Below are positions 1 to 7,738 of a stretch of 32,000 nt of DNA, one piece after another. Made by a program: the position numbers and the translations under genes. Within the stretch, counting starts at the first letter, position 1; the number at the start of each line of letters is the position of its first letter. The stretch is from Propionibacterium freudenreichii subsp. freudenreichii (GTDB lineage Bacteria > Actinomycetota > Actinomycetes > Propionibacteriales > Propionibacteriaceae). Where the stretch lies: assembly GCF_000940845.1 (NCBI RefSeq), contig NZ_CP010341.1, positions 2,010,001 through 2,042,000 on the forward strand. Reading direction: 5' to 3'. The notes under the pieces were generated by a model. It had not been told where the DNA came from and did no database searches. It saw nothing but the letters and a program-made list of their open reading frames with translations.

Positions 1-356
1 CCGCGGCGCAGCACGGCGCGGATGCGGGCCACCAGCTCACGCTGGCTGAACGGCTTGGTCACATAGTCGTCGGCGCCCAGCTCGAGGCCCACCACCTTGT
101 CAACCTCGGAATCGCGGGCGGTCACCATGATCACCGGCACATCGCTGCGCTGCCGCAGCGCCTTGCACACCTCAATACCGGGTAACCCCGGCATCATGAG
201 GTCAAGAAGCACCAGGTCGGCCCCATTGCGATCGAATTCGGCCAGGCCCTGCTCGCCGTCCGGCGCCGCCGCGACGGCGAACCCCTCCCGGTCAAGCATG
301 AACGACATGGCGTCCCGATAGGACTCCTCGTCCTCAATGATCAGAATGCGACTCAC
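1..356 (-). CDS. regX3: OmpR/PhoB-family response regulator, RegX3-like; only the 5' part is present (the C-terminal DNA-binding domain lies beyond the window start)
   Basis: Minus-strand translation from GTG at 356 gives VSRILIIEDEESYRDAMSFMLDREGFAV...DLVLLDLMMPGLPGIEVCKALRQRSDVPVIMVTARDSEVDKVVGLELGADDYVTKPFSQRELVARIRAVLRR. This is a complete receiver domain whose motifs closely match mycobacterial RegX3 as I recall it. It starts 5 nt after the kinase stop and the frame stays open to position 1. Confidence 0.9.
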   Translation of the reverse strand, partial: MSRILIIEDEESYRDAMSFMLDREGFAVAAAPDGEQGLAEFDRNGADLVLLDLMMPGLPGIEVCKALRQRSDVPVIMVTARDSEVDKVVGLELGADDYVTKPFSQRELVARIRAVLRR

Positions 357-361
357 AGTGC

Positions 362-1549
362 CTATTCTCCTCGCTCGCGACCGGCGGCGGATTGATCCTG
401 GGGAACCGGGTCCGCCACCGGCCCGAGGTCCTCGGGCAGGCGGACGGTGAAAGTGGATCCCTGGCCCGGACGGCTCCACAGGCTGATCGAGCCACCATGG
501 GCCGCCACGACGTGCTTCACAATCGACAGCCCCAGCCCGGTGCCACCATCGGCCCGGCTGCGCGCATAATCCACCCGATAGAAGCGCTCAAAGATCCGCT
601 CCTGTTCCTCGGGGGCAATTCCGATTCCATTGTCGGTGACGGCGATCTCAACCCAGTGGTCGTCGGCCTGGGCGACGCGCCGCACCGTCACCGCGACGCG
701 CGCACCACGATCGGAATAGGAGATCGCATTCGCCACCAGATTGGTGATGGCATTGGTCAGCTGGTCGAGGTCGCCGATCACCGTGAGCCCCTTGTCCCCG
801 GTGACCGAGAACGAGACCTCATGGCCCACCAGCGCATCGTGGGTGCGGGAGGCCGCCTGGGCGACCACCTCATCCACCGACACCACATGGGCGCCCAGCA
901 GCGGATCATCGGACTGCAGGCGCGACAGCTCGATGATCTGGCCCACCAGTTCGCCCAGACGCTTGCTCTCCACGCCCATCCGCCCCGCAAAGTGGCGCAC
1001 CGCCTCGGGATCGTCGGCGGCCGCCTGCAGGGTCTCGGCCAGCACCTGCATCGCACCCACCGGCGTCTTGAGCTCGTGGCTCACATTGGCCACCAGGTCA
1101 CGCTTGGATTCATCGGCGCGAAGCACGGCACTGTGGTCCTCGACGATCGCCAGCACGGCGTCGCGTTCCATGGGATGCACCCGGGCGGTGAGGATGCGTG
1201 CCGGACCGGCCAGGTCGGAGCCCAGTCGCACGTCATGCACCGACGCCTTGCCGCTCTCACGGGCCCGACGCACCTGGTCGAGCACCTGGTGGATGCCGAT
1301 GCGCCCCCCACGCACCAGGCCGAGGGTGCGGGCCGGCTCGTTGGCACAGACCACCTCGTCATGGGGCCCCACCACCACCGCGGGGGGACGCAGGGCGTCA
1401 ACGACGACGGCCACCTCGGGATCGACCACCGGCGGGCGTTCATGCATGCGCCGGCGCGCATTGAGGCCCCAGCTGATGACCGCGGCGAGGCCGGCACCGA
1501 GGAGTGCACCCAGCACAAGGCTGAGCAACACGGCGGGGACAAGGCTCAC
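362..1549 (-). CDS. senX3: Sensor histidine kinase, SenX3/PhoR-like
   Basis: ORF 362..1651. It has a HisKA H-box (ANVSHELKTPVGAM), HATPase motifs (DNGIGIAPEEQERIFERFYRVD, GGTGLGLSIVKHVV) and an N-terminal TM helix (VSLVPAVLLSLVLGALLGAGLAAVISWGL). I place the start at GTG 1549, just before the TM helix. The upstream 34 codons are Pro/Arg/Gly-rich, overlap a PHO-box-like repeat, and a TACAAT hexamer (complement 1557..1562) lies 7 nt upstream of this GTG. The start is uncertain and the ORF could extend to 1642 or 1651. Confidence 0.85.
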   Translation of the reverse strand: MSLVPAVLLSLVLGALLGAGLAAVISWGLNARRRMHERPPVVDPEVAVVVDALRPPAVVVGPHDEVVCANEPARTLGLVRGGRIGIHQVLDQVRRARESGKASVHDVRLGSDLAGPARILTARVHPMERDAVLAIVEDHSAVLRADESKRDLVANVSHELKTPVGAMQVLAETLQAAADDPEAVRHFAGRMGVESKRLGELVGQIIELSRLQSDDPLLGAHVVSVDEVVAQAASRTHDALVGHEVSFSVTGDKGLTVIGDLDQLTNAITNLVANAISYSDRGARVAVTVRRVAQADDHWVEIAVTDNGIGIAPEEQERIFERFYRVDYARSRADGGTGLGLSIVKHVVAAHGGSISLWSRPGQGSTFTVRLPEDLGPVADPVPQDQSAAGRERGE

Positions 1550-1645
1550 GGGGCCGATTGTAGGGGAGCTGCCGGCCGTCGCCGACCGCCCACGGGGTCG
1601 GTGCCGCACCGCCGCGCCTGCGCCGGGCGGCGGGGGCCCCATGTC

Positions 1646-1678
1646 GTTCACCAGTTGTTCACATGGGCGTCACGCATC
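1646..1678 (+). promoter_or_regulatory. PHO-box-like array of three 11-nt direct repeat units (GTTCACCagtt GTTCACAtggg cGTCACgcatc)
   Basis: GTTCACC at 1646-1652 and GTTCACA at 1657-1663 are exactly 11 nt apart. A degenerate third unit (TCAC core) starts at 1668. A TAGCAT -10-like hexamer at 1706-1711 follows on the phoU strand. GTTCAC/GTGAAC direct repeats with 11-nt phasing are the recognised PhoP/RegX3 site type in actinobacteria. Confidence 0.5.
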
Positions 1679-1843
1679 CATGACCACCGCGACGCGCAGG
1701 CCCGTTAGCATCCTTGTCGAGGACTGTGCTGATCACCAGCCGCCGCGGTGGGTGACCGGCAGCGGTTCGATCAGTCACGGGACACCAGCGCCCCGGCGGG
1801 GCAACGAACCACGGGACGCGGAGCGCCCCAGCAGGGAGAACGA

Positions 1844-2521
1844 ATGCGCGAGTACTACCACTCAGAGCTGGACGAGGTGGTCCACCAACTGGTCACGATG
1901 TCGGATTCGGTGCAGATTGCCGTGCGTGACGCCACCACCGCCCTGCTCGACGCGAATGTGTCGGTGGCCGAGCGGGTGATCGCCGGCGACCTGCGCATCG
2001 ACGCGATGCACGACGAGCTGGAGCAGCGCTGCTTCACGCTGCTGGCGCGCCAGGCGCCGGTGGCGGGCGAACTGCGCACCATCGTGGCCGCCACGCAGGT
2101 GGTGGCCGACATCGGACGCACCGGGGACCTGGCCAAGCACATCGCCGAGATCGCCCGCATGCGCTACCCCGACCATGCCGTACCCGAGCCGCTCGTGGAC
2201 AGCTTCCGCAGGATGTCGGACGTCGCCCAGGAGATGGTGGGCAAGGCCGGACGCACCCTGCTCGACCGCAACCTGGAGGAGGCCCACGAACTCGTCGACG
2301 ATGACGACGAGATGGACAACCTGCGCAGCTCCCAGTTCCGCCAGATCGTCTCGGAGGAGTGGAGCCACGGCGTCGACAAGGCCGTGGAGAAGGCCGTGGA
2401 TGCCGCGCTGCTGGGGCGCTACTACGAGCGGATCGCCGACCACGCGGTGGCGATGGGCCGGCGGATCATCTACATCATCACCGGCGAGGCGCCCGAGGGC
2501 GACGACTGGCCGACCACCTGA
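1844..2521 (+). CDS. phoU: Phosphate signalling/transport regulator PhoU
   Basis: ORF 1748..2521. I start it at ATG 1844 (MREYYHSELDEVVHQLV...), preceded by GGGAGA. The two-repeat PhoU architecture is present (VAGELR...DIGRTGDLAKHIAE and ...LLGRYYERIADHAVAMGRRIIY). It is divergent from senX3-regX3. Confidence 0.9.
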   Translation: MREYYHSELDEVVHQLVTMSDSVQIAVRDATTALLDANVSVAERVIAGDLRIDAMHDELEQRCFTLLARQAPVAGELRTIVAATQVVADIGRTGDLAKHIAEIARMRYPDHAVPEPLVDSFRRMSDVAQEMVGKAGRTLLDRNLEEAHELVDDDDEMDNLRSSQFRQIVSEEWSHGVDKAVEKAVDAALLGRYYERIADHAVAMGRRIIYIITGEAPEGDDWPTT

Positions 2522-2632
2522 GCCAACCTGCCTGGCGCCGGGACGACACCGTTTGCGACGACGCCTTTTGGGCCGGCGCACGGGAAGAACCACCCGGCTC
2601 GACCCACACAGCACGACCCATACAGCAGGAAC

Positions 2633-2668
2633 GAGGGGGCCGCGCACCATCTGGTGCGCGGCCCCCTC
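2633..2668. terminator. Perfect GC-rich inverted repeat between the convergent phoU and gpmA genes (candidate bidirectional terminator)
   Basis: gagggggccgcgcacca (2633-2649) / tc / tggtgcgcggccccctc (2652-2668): 17-nt perfectly complementary arms. There is no clear T-tract, which is common in high-GC actinobacteria. Confidence 0.5.
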
Positions 2669-2720
2669 GGGTCTTCAGCCGGCGATCCGGGTCACCCGGA
2701 CCCCGGCCCGGAAGGCCTGG

Positions 2721-3470
2721 CTACTTCTTGCCCTGGCTGGCGACGGCCTTCTGTCCGGCGGCTGCCGCCTCCGGGTCAAGATAGCGGCCACCGGGCACCA
2801 GCGGCTTCATGTCATCGTCGAGCTCGTAGAACAGCGGAATGCCGGTCGGGATGTTGAGGCCCGAGATGGTCTGGTCATCGATGTTGTCGAGGTGCTTGAC
2901 CAGCGCACGCAGCGAATTGCCGTGGGCGGCCACCAGCACCGTCTTGCCGGCCTTCAGGTCGGGCACGATCGACGACTCCCAGTAGGGAAGCATGCGCTCG
3001 ACGACGCCCTTGAGGCACTCATGCAGCGGACGCTCGTCAGCCGGGATGTCGGCGTAGCGCGGGTCGTTGAACTGGCTGAACTTGCTGTCGGGCTCGATGG
3101 CCGGCGGCGGCACGTCGTAGCTGCGACGCCAGGCCATGAACTGCTCCTCGCCGTACTGGTCGCGGATCTCGGACTTGTTGAGGCCCTGCAGGGCGCCGTA
3201 GTGGCGCTCGTTGAGGCGCCAGCTGCGCTTCACCGGAATCCAGAGGCGATCGGCCTTGTCAAGGGCCAGGTACGAGGTGTGGATGGCGCGGCGCAACAGC
3301 GAGGTGTGCACGATGTCGGGCAGCAGTCCCTCCTGGGCCAGCAGCTCGCCACCATGGGATGCCTCCCGCACGCCCTTCTCGTTGAGGTCGACGTCGACCC
3401 AGCCGGTGAACAGGTTTTTCGCGTTCCATTCGCTCTCGCCATGGCGGAGCAGGATCAACTTCGAGGTCAT
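2721..3470 (-). CDS. gpmA: 2,3-bisphosphoglycerate-dependent phosphoglycerate mutase
   Basis: [33 protein letters not shown]... contains the catalytic RHGES motif, and the protein is full length. The ORF extends to GTG 3476, but ATG 3470 gives the canonical N-terminus. Confidence 0.95.
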   Translation of the reverse strand: MTSKLILLRHGESEWNAKNLFTGWVDVDLNEKGVREASHGGELLAQEGLLPDIVHTSLLRRAIHTSYLALDKADRLWIPVKRSWRLNERHYGALQGLNKSEIRDQYGEEQFMAWRRSYDVPPPAIEPDSKFSQFNDPRYADIPADERPLHECLKGVVERMLPYWESSIVPDLKAGKTVLVAAHGNSLRALVKHLDNIDDQTISGLNIPTGIPLFYELDDDMKPLVPGGRYLDPEAAAAGQKAVASQGKK

Positions 3471-3477
3471 GTGCACG

Positions 3478-3483
3478 ATTCTA
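3478..3483 (-). promoter_or_regulatory. -10-like hexamer TAGAAT placed 7 nt upstream of the gpmA ATG (candidate leaderless transcript)
   Basis: The minus strand reads ...ctaTAGAATcgtgcacATGacc. No Shine-Dalgarno sequence lies between the hexamer and the ATG. Confidence 0.35.
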
Positions 3484-3800
3484 TAGAACCGTCCCTCGGA
3501 CGCACGGCCCCATCGTGACGCAGAAGTGACTAGCCTGAGGAAATAGATAAGGACCGATCCGGTCCCAAACTCGCCAGTGGTGGGCCGGGAACGGATCGGA
3601 CGTCACGCTGACGGGGCCCGCCCATAGGGCATCATGAGCCCCACAGTGCCACGCTGCTGGGGGCCTGCACCGTCCCGGCCGAAGGGGGCCCTTCCGGGGT
3701 CCCTTGACCGGCCGGATGGGGGTGCCCCCGGGGAAGGCGTGGCGACAATCGGCACGTGAAGGCTTGAACAAGAAGACCTGAAGAAGAAGGGTGCACACCG

Positions 3801-4532
3801 ATGTCCCAGGGGGACACGACCACCGCAGGTGCCAGGGTTCCGGGCGCGCATGACGCCGCCGTGGGACGCCCACGCGATCCCCTGGTCGAGCCGCGGGCCC
3901 TGTCGGCTGCCCTCGATGTCTACGGGCGCCATGGCTGGTCGGGCTTCACGATGGGTCGGGTGACCGCCCTGTCGCGCGTCGGCAAGTCGTCGATCTACCG
4001 GCGCTGGCCCGGCCGCGAGGAGCTCCTGGCGGCAGCCTTCGACCGCGTGGCGGTGTTGTTCGAGCTCGATGACCGCCAGCTGCGTCGCCTGCCGTTCGTG
4101 GAGCGCCTGCTCACCATGACCCAGCACCGCCTCTACACCTATTCCACGCCCACCGGGCCGGCCATCATCCGCCTGCAGGTGGAACACCACGCCGAGCCCG
4201 ACACCGTCGGCAAGATCTGGAACCGCACCATCCCGCAGTCGCTGGTGGGCCTGCAACGCCTGCTTGCCGAGGGACGCGAACGCCAGCTGCTGCGTCCCGA
4301 GGCATCGCCGAAGTACCTCGCCGACGCGCTGGAGGGCAGCATGGTGATGCACGCGCTGGGGGTGCACTCCCCCACCGACGCCTCCGGGTCGAACCTTGAG
4401 GCCCAGGCCTATGCGATCGTCAGCCAGGTGCTGGGCCTGTGGCTCACCCAGGACGGCTCGCAGCTGCGTCCCGAGATGGTGCCGATCGCGCCGTTGATCG
4501 ACACGCGCCGCGCCCCGTTACCCGAGGAATGA
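3801..4532 (+). CDS. TetR/AcrR-family transcriptional regulator
   Basis: N-terminal HTH region ALSAALDVYGRHGWSGFTMGRVTALSRVGKSSIYRRWPGREELLAAAF is typical of TetR_N. The start is preceded by GAAGGG. Confidence 0.8.
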   Translation: MSQGDTTTAGARVPGAHDAAVGRPRDPLVEPRALSAALDVYGRHGWSGFTMGRVTALSRVGKSSIYRRWPGREELLAAAFDRVAVLFELDDRQLRRLPFVERLLTMTQHRLYTYSTPTGPAIIRLQVEHHAEPDTVGKIWNRTIPQSLVGLQRLLAEGRERQLLRPEASPKYLADALEGSMVMHALGVHSPTDASGSNLEAQAYAIVSQVLGLWLTQDGSQLRPEMVPIAPLIDTRRAPLPEE

Positions 4533-4613
4533 TCCGGTGGCGCCGCCTGCCCGTGACGCCTTCGCACTGGGGACGTCCGGTCGACCCATGACACCCGGCC
4601 CACTCGTGACACG

Positions 4614-5366
4614 ATGGGTGACATGACAGAAACACTCGGGACAGCAGTGGTCACTGGCGCGTCCAGTGGCATCGGAGCGGCCACCGCACGCCGCCTGGCG
4701 ATGGACGGCTTCCTCGTCTATTGCGTGGCGCGGCGCACCGACCGCATCAACGCATTGGCCGAGGAGATCGGCGGTGTCGCCATCACCTGTGACGTCACCG
4801 ACCAGGCTCAGGTGGACGCCATGGCAGCCCAGCTGCCGGCGCAGCTGGATGTGCTCTTCAACGACGCCGGCGGAGCCTTCGGCCAGGAGAACGTGGAGGA
4901 CGCCAACCTCGACGAGTGGAACAAGATGTACCAGCTCAACGTGTTGGGCACCGCCCGGGTGACCAAGGCCCTGCTCCCCCGGATCGAGGCCGGCCAGGGA
5001 ACCCTGGTGTTCCTCACCTCCACCGCCGCCGAGTACCCCTATGTGGGCGGGGCGGGCTACTGCGGGGCCAAGGCCGCCGAACGCAATATCGCCGGTGCGA
5101 TGCGCCTGGAGCTGGGCGGACGACCCATCCGCGTGCTGGAGATCTCACCGGGCATGGTGAAGACCGACGAGTTCAGCCTCACCCGCTTCGCCGGTGACAA
5201 GGCCGAGGCCGACGCGGTCTACGCCGGCGTCGCCGAACCCCTAGTGGCCGAGGACATCGCCGACTGCGTGGCCTGGGCCGTCACCCGCCCGGCACACGTG
5301 AACATTGATCGCATGGTGGTGCGTCCGCGTGCCCAGGTGAGCAATTACAAGGTCTACCGCCACTGA
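4614..5366 (+). CDS. Short-chain dehydrogenase/reductase (classical SDR)
   Basis: Cofactor motif TGASSGIG (AVVTGASSGIGAATARRLA), NDAG, and the catalytic YCGAK (YxxxK) motif. The start could instead be ATG 4623. Confidence 0.85.
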   Translation: MGDMTETLGTAVVTGASSGIGAATARRLAMDGFLVYCVARRTDRINALAEEIGGVAITCDVTDQAQVDAMAAQLPAQLDVLFNDAGGAFGQENVEDANLDEWNKMYQLNVLGTARVTKALLPRIEAGQGTLVFLTSTAAEYPYVGGAGYCGAKAAERNIAGAMRLELGGRPIRVLEISPGMVKTDEFSLTRFAGDKAEADAVYAGVAEPLVAEDIADCVAWAVTRPAHVNIDRMVVRPRAQVSNYKVYRH

Positions 5367-5428
5367 CACCCGCGAGGCGCTCTGCCTGCCGGGGCGGGTG
5401 CGTCCCGGTGACGAGCGAGCGGACATGG

Positions 5429-5474
5429 ACAAGCAGGTGGCCCGGAACCTCATGGTTCCGGGCCACCTGCTTGT
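5429..5474. terminator. 21-bp perfect hairpin between the convergent SDR and 1.3S genes (candidate bidirectional terminator)
   Basis: acaagcaggtggcccggaacc (5429-5449) / tcat / ggttccgggccacctgcttgt (5454-5474), followed on the plus strand by T-rich tgtgatgcgtgcttgttgtg. Confidence 0.6.
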
Positions 5475-5496
5475 TGTGATGCGTGCTTGTTGTGCG

Positions 5497-5868
5497 TCAG
5501 CCGATCTTGATGAGACCCTGACCGCCCTGCACGGCGTCACGCTCCTTGACAAGGACCTTCTCGACCTTGCCGTCGGTGGGAGCGTTGATCTCGGTCTCCA
5601 TCTTCATGGCCTCGAGAACGAGCACGGTCTGACCAGCCTTGACCGTGTCACCCTCCTTCACGAGGATCTTGGAGACGGTGCCGGCCAGCGGAGCGGGAAT
5701 CTCGCCCTCTCCGGCCTTACCGGCGCCTGCGCCACCTGCTGCGCGCGGTGCCGGCGCGCCGCCGGTGCCGCCGCCGAACAGGATGGTGCCCATCGGGTTT
5801 TCGTGTGACTTGTCGACGTCAACGTCAACGTCATACGCAGTGCCGTTGACTGTTACCTTCAGTTTCAT
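5497..5868 (-). CDS. Methylmalonyl-CoA carboxyltransferase (transcarboxylase) 1.3S biotinyl carrier subunit
   Basis: The 123-aa product [37 protein letters not shown]...[10 protein letters not shown]...GLIKIG matches the P. shermanii 1.3S subunit as I remember it. It carries the AMKM biotinylation motif, and GGGAG lies upstream of ATG 5868. The ORF-track extension to 5994 is rejected. Confidence 0.97.
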   Translation of the reverse strand: MKLKVTVNGTAYDVDVDVDKSHENPMGTILFGGGTGGAPAPRAAGGAGAGKAGEGEIPAPLAGTVSKILVKEGDTVKAGQTVLVLEAMKMETEINAPTDGKVEKVLVKERDAVQGGQGLIKIG

Positions 5869-5884
5869 GTGAGTTACTCCCGGA

Positions 5885-6133
5885 TCAACGAATGGAATGG
5901 TTCTGCAGAGCCCGACGACCCTCGCGGACCCAGTTCGGGCTCGGGGCGAAATGGACGACCTCAGCCGATCCATCGTTGCCGAGATAGGCCGCAACGGCGG
6001 CCGAAATGGCCGTCAGTACGTCCTCGGTGACACCCTGGGTATCGCTCTGGAGTGAACCCAACTCAGACTCCAATGACGCGACGCGCTTGTTGAGCGTGGC
6101 GATCATCAGGTCCTTCTCTTCCTCATCAGCCAT
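5885..6133 (-). CDS. Small (82 aa) acidic protein, AccE/PccE (acyl-CoA carboxylase epsilon)-like, or MmdE/OadG-motif-like
   Basis: A strong SD (GAGGAGAG) lies 6 nt upstream of the ATG. Gaps to the 12S stop and the 1.3S start are 15-16 nt. Codon style resembles the flanking operon genes. The protein has the motif [18 protein letters not shown] followed by a basic tail [17 protein letters not shown]. Confidence 0.6.
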   Translation of the reverse strand: MADEEEKDLMIATLNKRVASLESELGSLQSDTQGVTEDVLTAISAAVAAYLGNDGSAEVVHFAPSPNWVREGRRALQNHSIR

Positions 6134-6148
6134 AATTTCTCTCCTCGC

Positions 6149-7723
6149 TCAGCAGGGGAAGTTTCCATGCTTCTTCGCCGGGCGGGTCTGACGCTTGGTG
6201 GCGTAGATCTCCAGGGCGGAAGCAATCTTTCGACGGGTATCAGCCGGGTCAATCACGTCGTCGACCTGACCGCGGGCGGCGGCCACGTACGGCGTGTTGA
6301 ACGCGTTCTGGTACTCCTCGATCTTCTCGGCGCGCATGGCGTCGGGATCGTCGGCAGCCTTGATCTCCTTGCGGAAGATCACATTTGCCGCACCCTCGGC
6401 GCCCATCACCGCAATCTCGGCGCTGGGCCAGGCGTACACGGCGTCGGCACCAAGGTCACGGTTGCACATGGCCAGGTAGGAGCCGCCGTAGGCCTTGCGG
6501 AGCACCACGGTGATCTTCGGCACGGTGGCCTCGGAATAGGCGTACAGCATCTTCGCGCCATGGCGAATGATGCCGCCGTACTCCTGCTGCACGCCGGGCA
6601 GGAAGCCCGGCACGTCGACCAGCTGCACCAGCGGGATGTTGAACGAATCGCAGAAATTCACGAATTCGGCGGCCTTGTCAGAGGCGTTGATGTCGAGGCA
6701 ACCCGACATCACCGACGGCTGATTGGCCACGATGCCCACCGAACGACCATTGACCCGGGCGAAGGCGGTCACGAGGTTGGTGGCATAGCCGGCCTTGACC
6801 TCGAGGTAGTCACCCCAGTCGACGATCTTGGCAATGACATCGCGCACGTCATAGCCCTTCTTGCCGTCAATCGGAACGATGTCGCGCAGCTCGGTATTGG
6901 GGCTGACGTCATTGTTCGGGTTGACGAAGGAGGCTTCCTCAGTGTTGTTCTGCGGAAGGAAGCTCAGCAGCTTCTTGGCAATGAGCTCCGCGGCGTCGTC
7001 GTCCTCGGCCACGAAGTGGATATTGCCCGAGATGGCCATATGGGCCTCAGCGCCACCGAGTTCGTCAGCGGTGACATCCTCGCCGGTGACCGACTTGATG
7101 ACCTGGGGGCCCGTGATGAACATATGGGCCTTCTTGGTCATGATGATGAAGTCAGTCAGTGCCGGCGAATACGAGGCGCCACCGGCACAGGGGCCGGCAA
7201 TGATGGCGATCTGCGGCACGACGCCCGACAGCTTCACGTTGGCGAAGAACATCTTGCCGTAACCGCTCAGCGAGTCGATGCCCTCCTGGATCCGGGCGCC
7301 GCCCGAATCGTAGAAGAACAGGAAGGGCGTGCCGGTGAGCAGCGCCTGTTCCATCGTCTCGACGACCTTCGTGGACTGCGTCTCGCCAGCCGAACCACCC
7401 ATGACCGTGAAGTCCTGGGACGCGGCGTGCACGGGACGACCAAGGATGGTGCCACGGCCGGTGACCACGCCATCTGCCGGGACGACGGCCTTGTCCATGC
7501 CGAACAACGTGGTGCGGTGCTTGCGGAAAGCGCCGACCTCGTCGAACGAATGGGGATCGAGCAGGTTGTTCAGGCGCTCACGAGCGGTCTGCTTACCCTG
7601 GGAATGTTGCTTCTCGACGCGACGTTCGCCGCCACCGGCTTCGATCACCTGGCGCTGCTCTGCGAGCTGCTCCACGCGACCTTCCATGGTGCTGGCGAGC
7701 TTCAAATTGTTGTTTTCAGCCAT
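6149..7723 (-). CDS. Methylmalonyl-CoA carboxyltransferase 12S subunit (carboxyltransferase, PccB/AccD family)
   Basis: The 524-aa product starts MAENNNLKLASTMEGRVEQLAEQRQVIEAGGGERRVEKQH... and ends ...TRPAKKHGNFPC, matching the P. shermanii 12S sequence as I recall it. AGGATGA lies upstream of ATG 7723. Confidence 0.97.
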   Translation of the reverse strand: MAENNNLKLASTMEGRVEQLAEQRQVIEAGGGERRVEKQHSQGKQTARERLNNLLDPHSFDEVGAFRKHRTTLFGMDKAVVPADGVVTGRGTILGRPVHAASQDFTVMGGSAGETQSTKVVETMEQALLTGTPFLFFYDSGGARIQEGIDSLSGYGKMFFANVKLSGVVPQIAIIAGPCAGGASYSPALTDFIIMTKKAHMFITGPQVIKSVTGEDVTADELGGAEAHMAISGNIHFVAEDDDAAELIAKKLLSFLPQNNTEEASFVNPNNDVSPNTELRDIVPIDGKKGYDVRDVIAKIVDWGDYLEVKAGYATNLVTAFARVNGRSVGIVANQPSVMSGCLDINASDKAAEFVNFCDSFNIPLVQLVDVPGFLPGVQQEYGGIIRHGAKMLYAYSEATVPKITVVLRKAYGGSYLAMCNRDLGADAVYAWPSAEIAVMGAEGAANVIFRKEIKAADDPDAMRAEKIEEYQNAFNTPYVAAARGQVDDVIDPADTRRKIASALEIYATKRQTRPAKKHGNFPC

Positions 7724-7738
7724 GATTGGCAATCATCC

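Noticed and set aside
357-361. MIRU-like repeats, as found in the senX3-regX3 intergenic region of mycobacteria
   Set aside because: The senX3 stop and the regX3 GTG are only 5 nt apart here, which leaves no room for any repeat.
392-1979. 438-aa and 412-aa plus-strand ORFs overlapping senX3
   Set aside because: These are shadow frames of the histidine-kinase gene, with Arg/His/Gly-rich nonsense composition and no motifs.
3481-4367. Minus-strand ORFs (130 aa, 254 aa, 63 aa) in and beyond the gpmA-TetR spacer
   Set aside because: They have no domain signatures or ribosome-binding sites and are partly antisense to the TetR gene. Their composition is typical of spurious high-GC frames.
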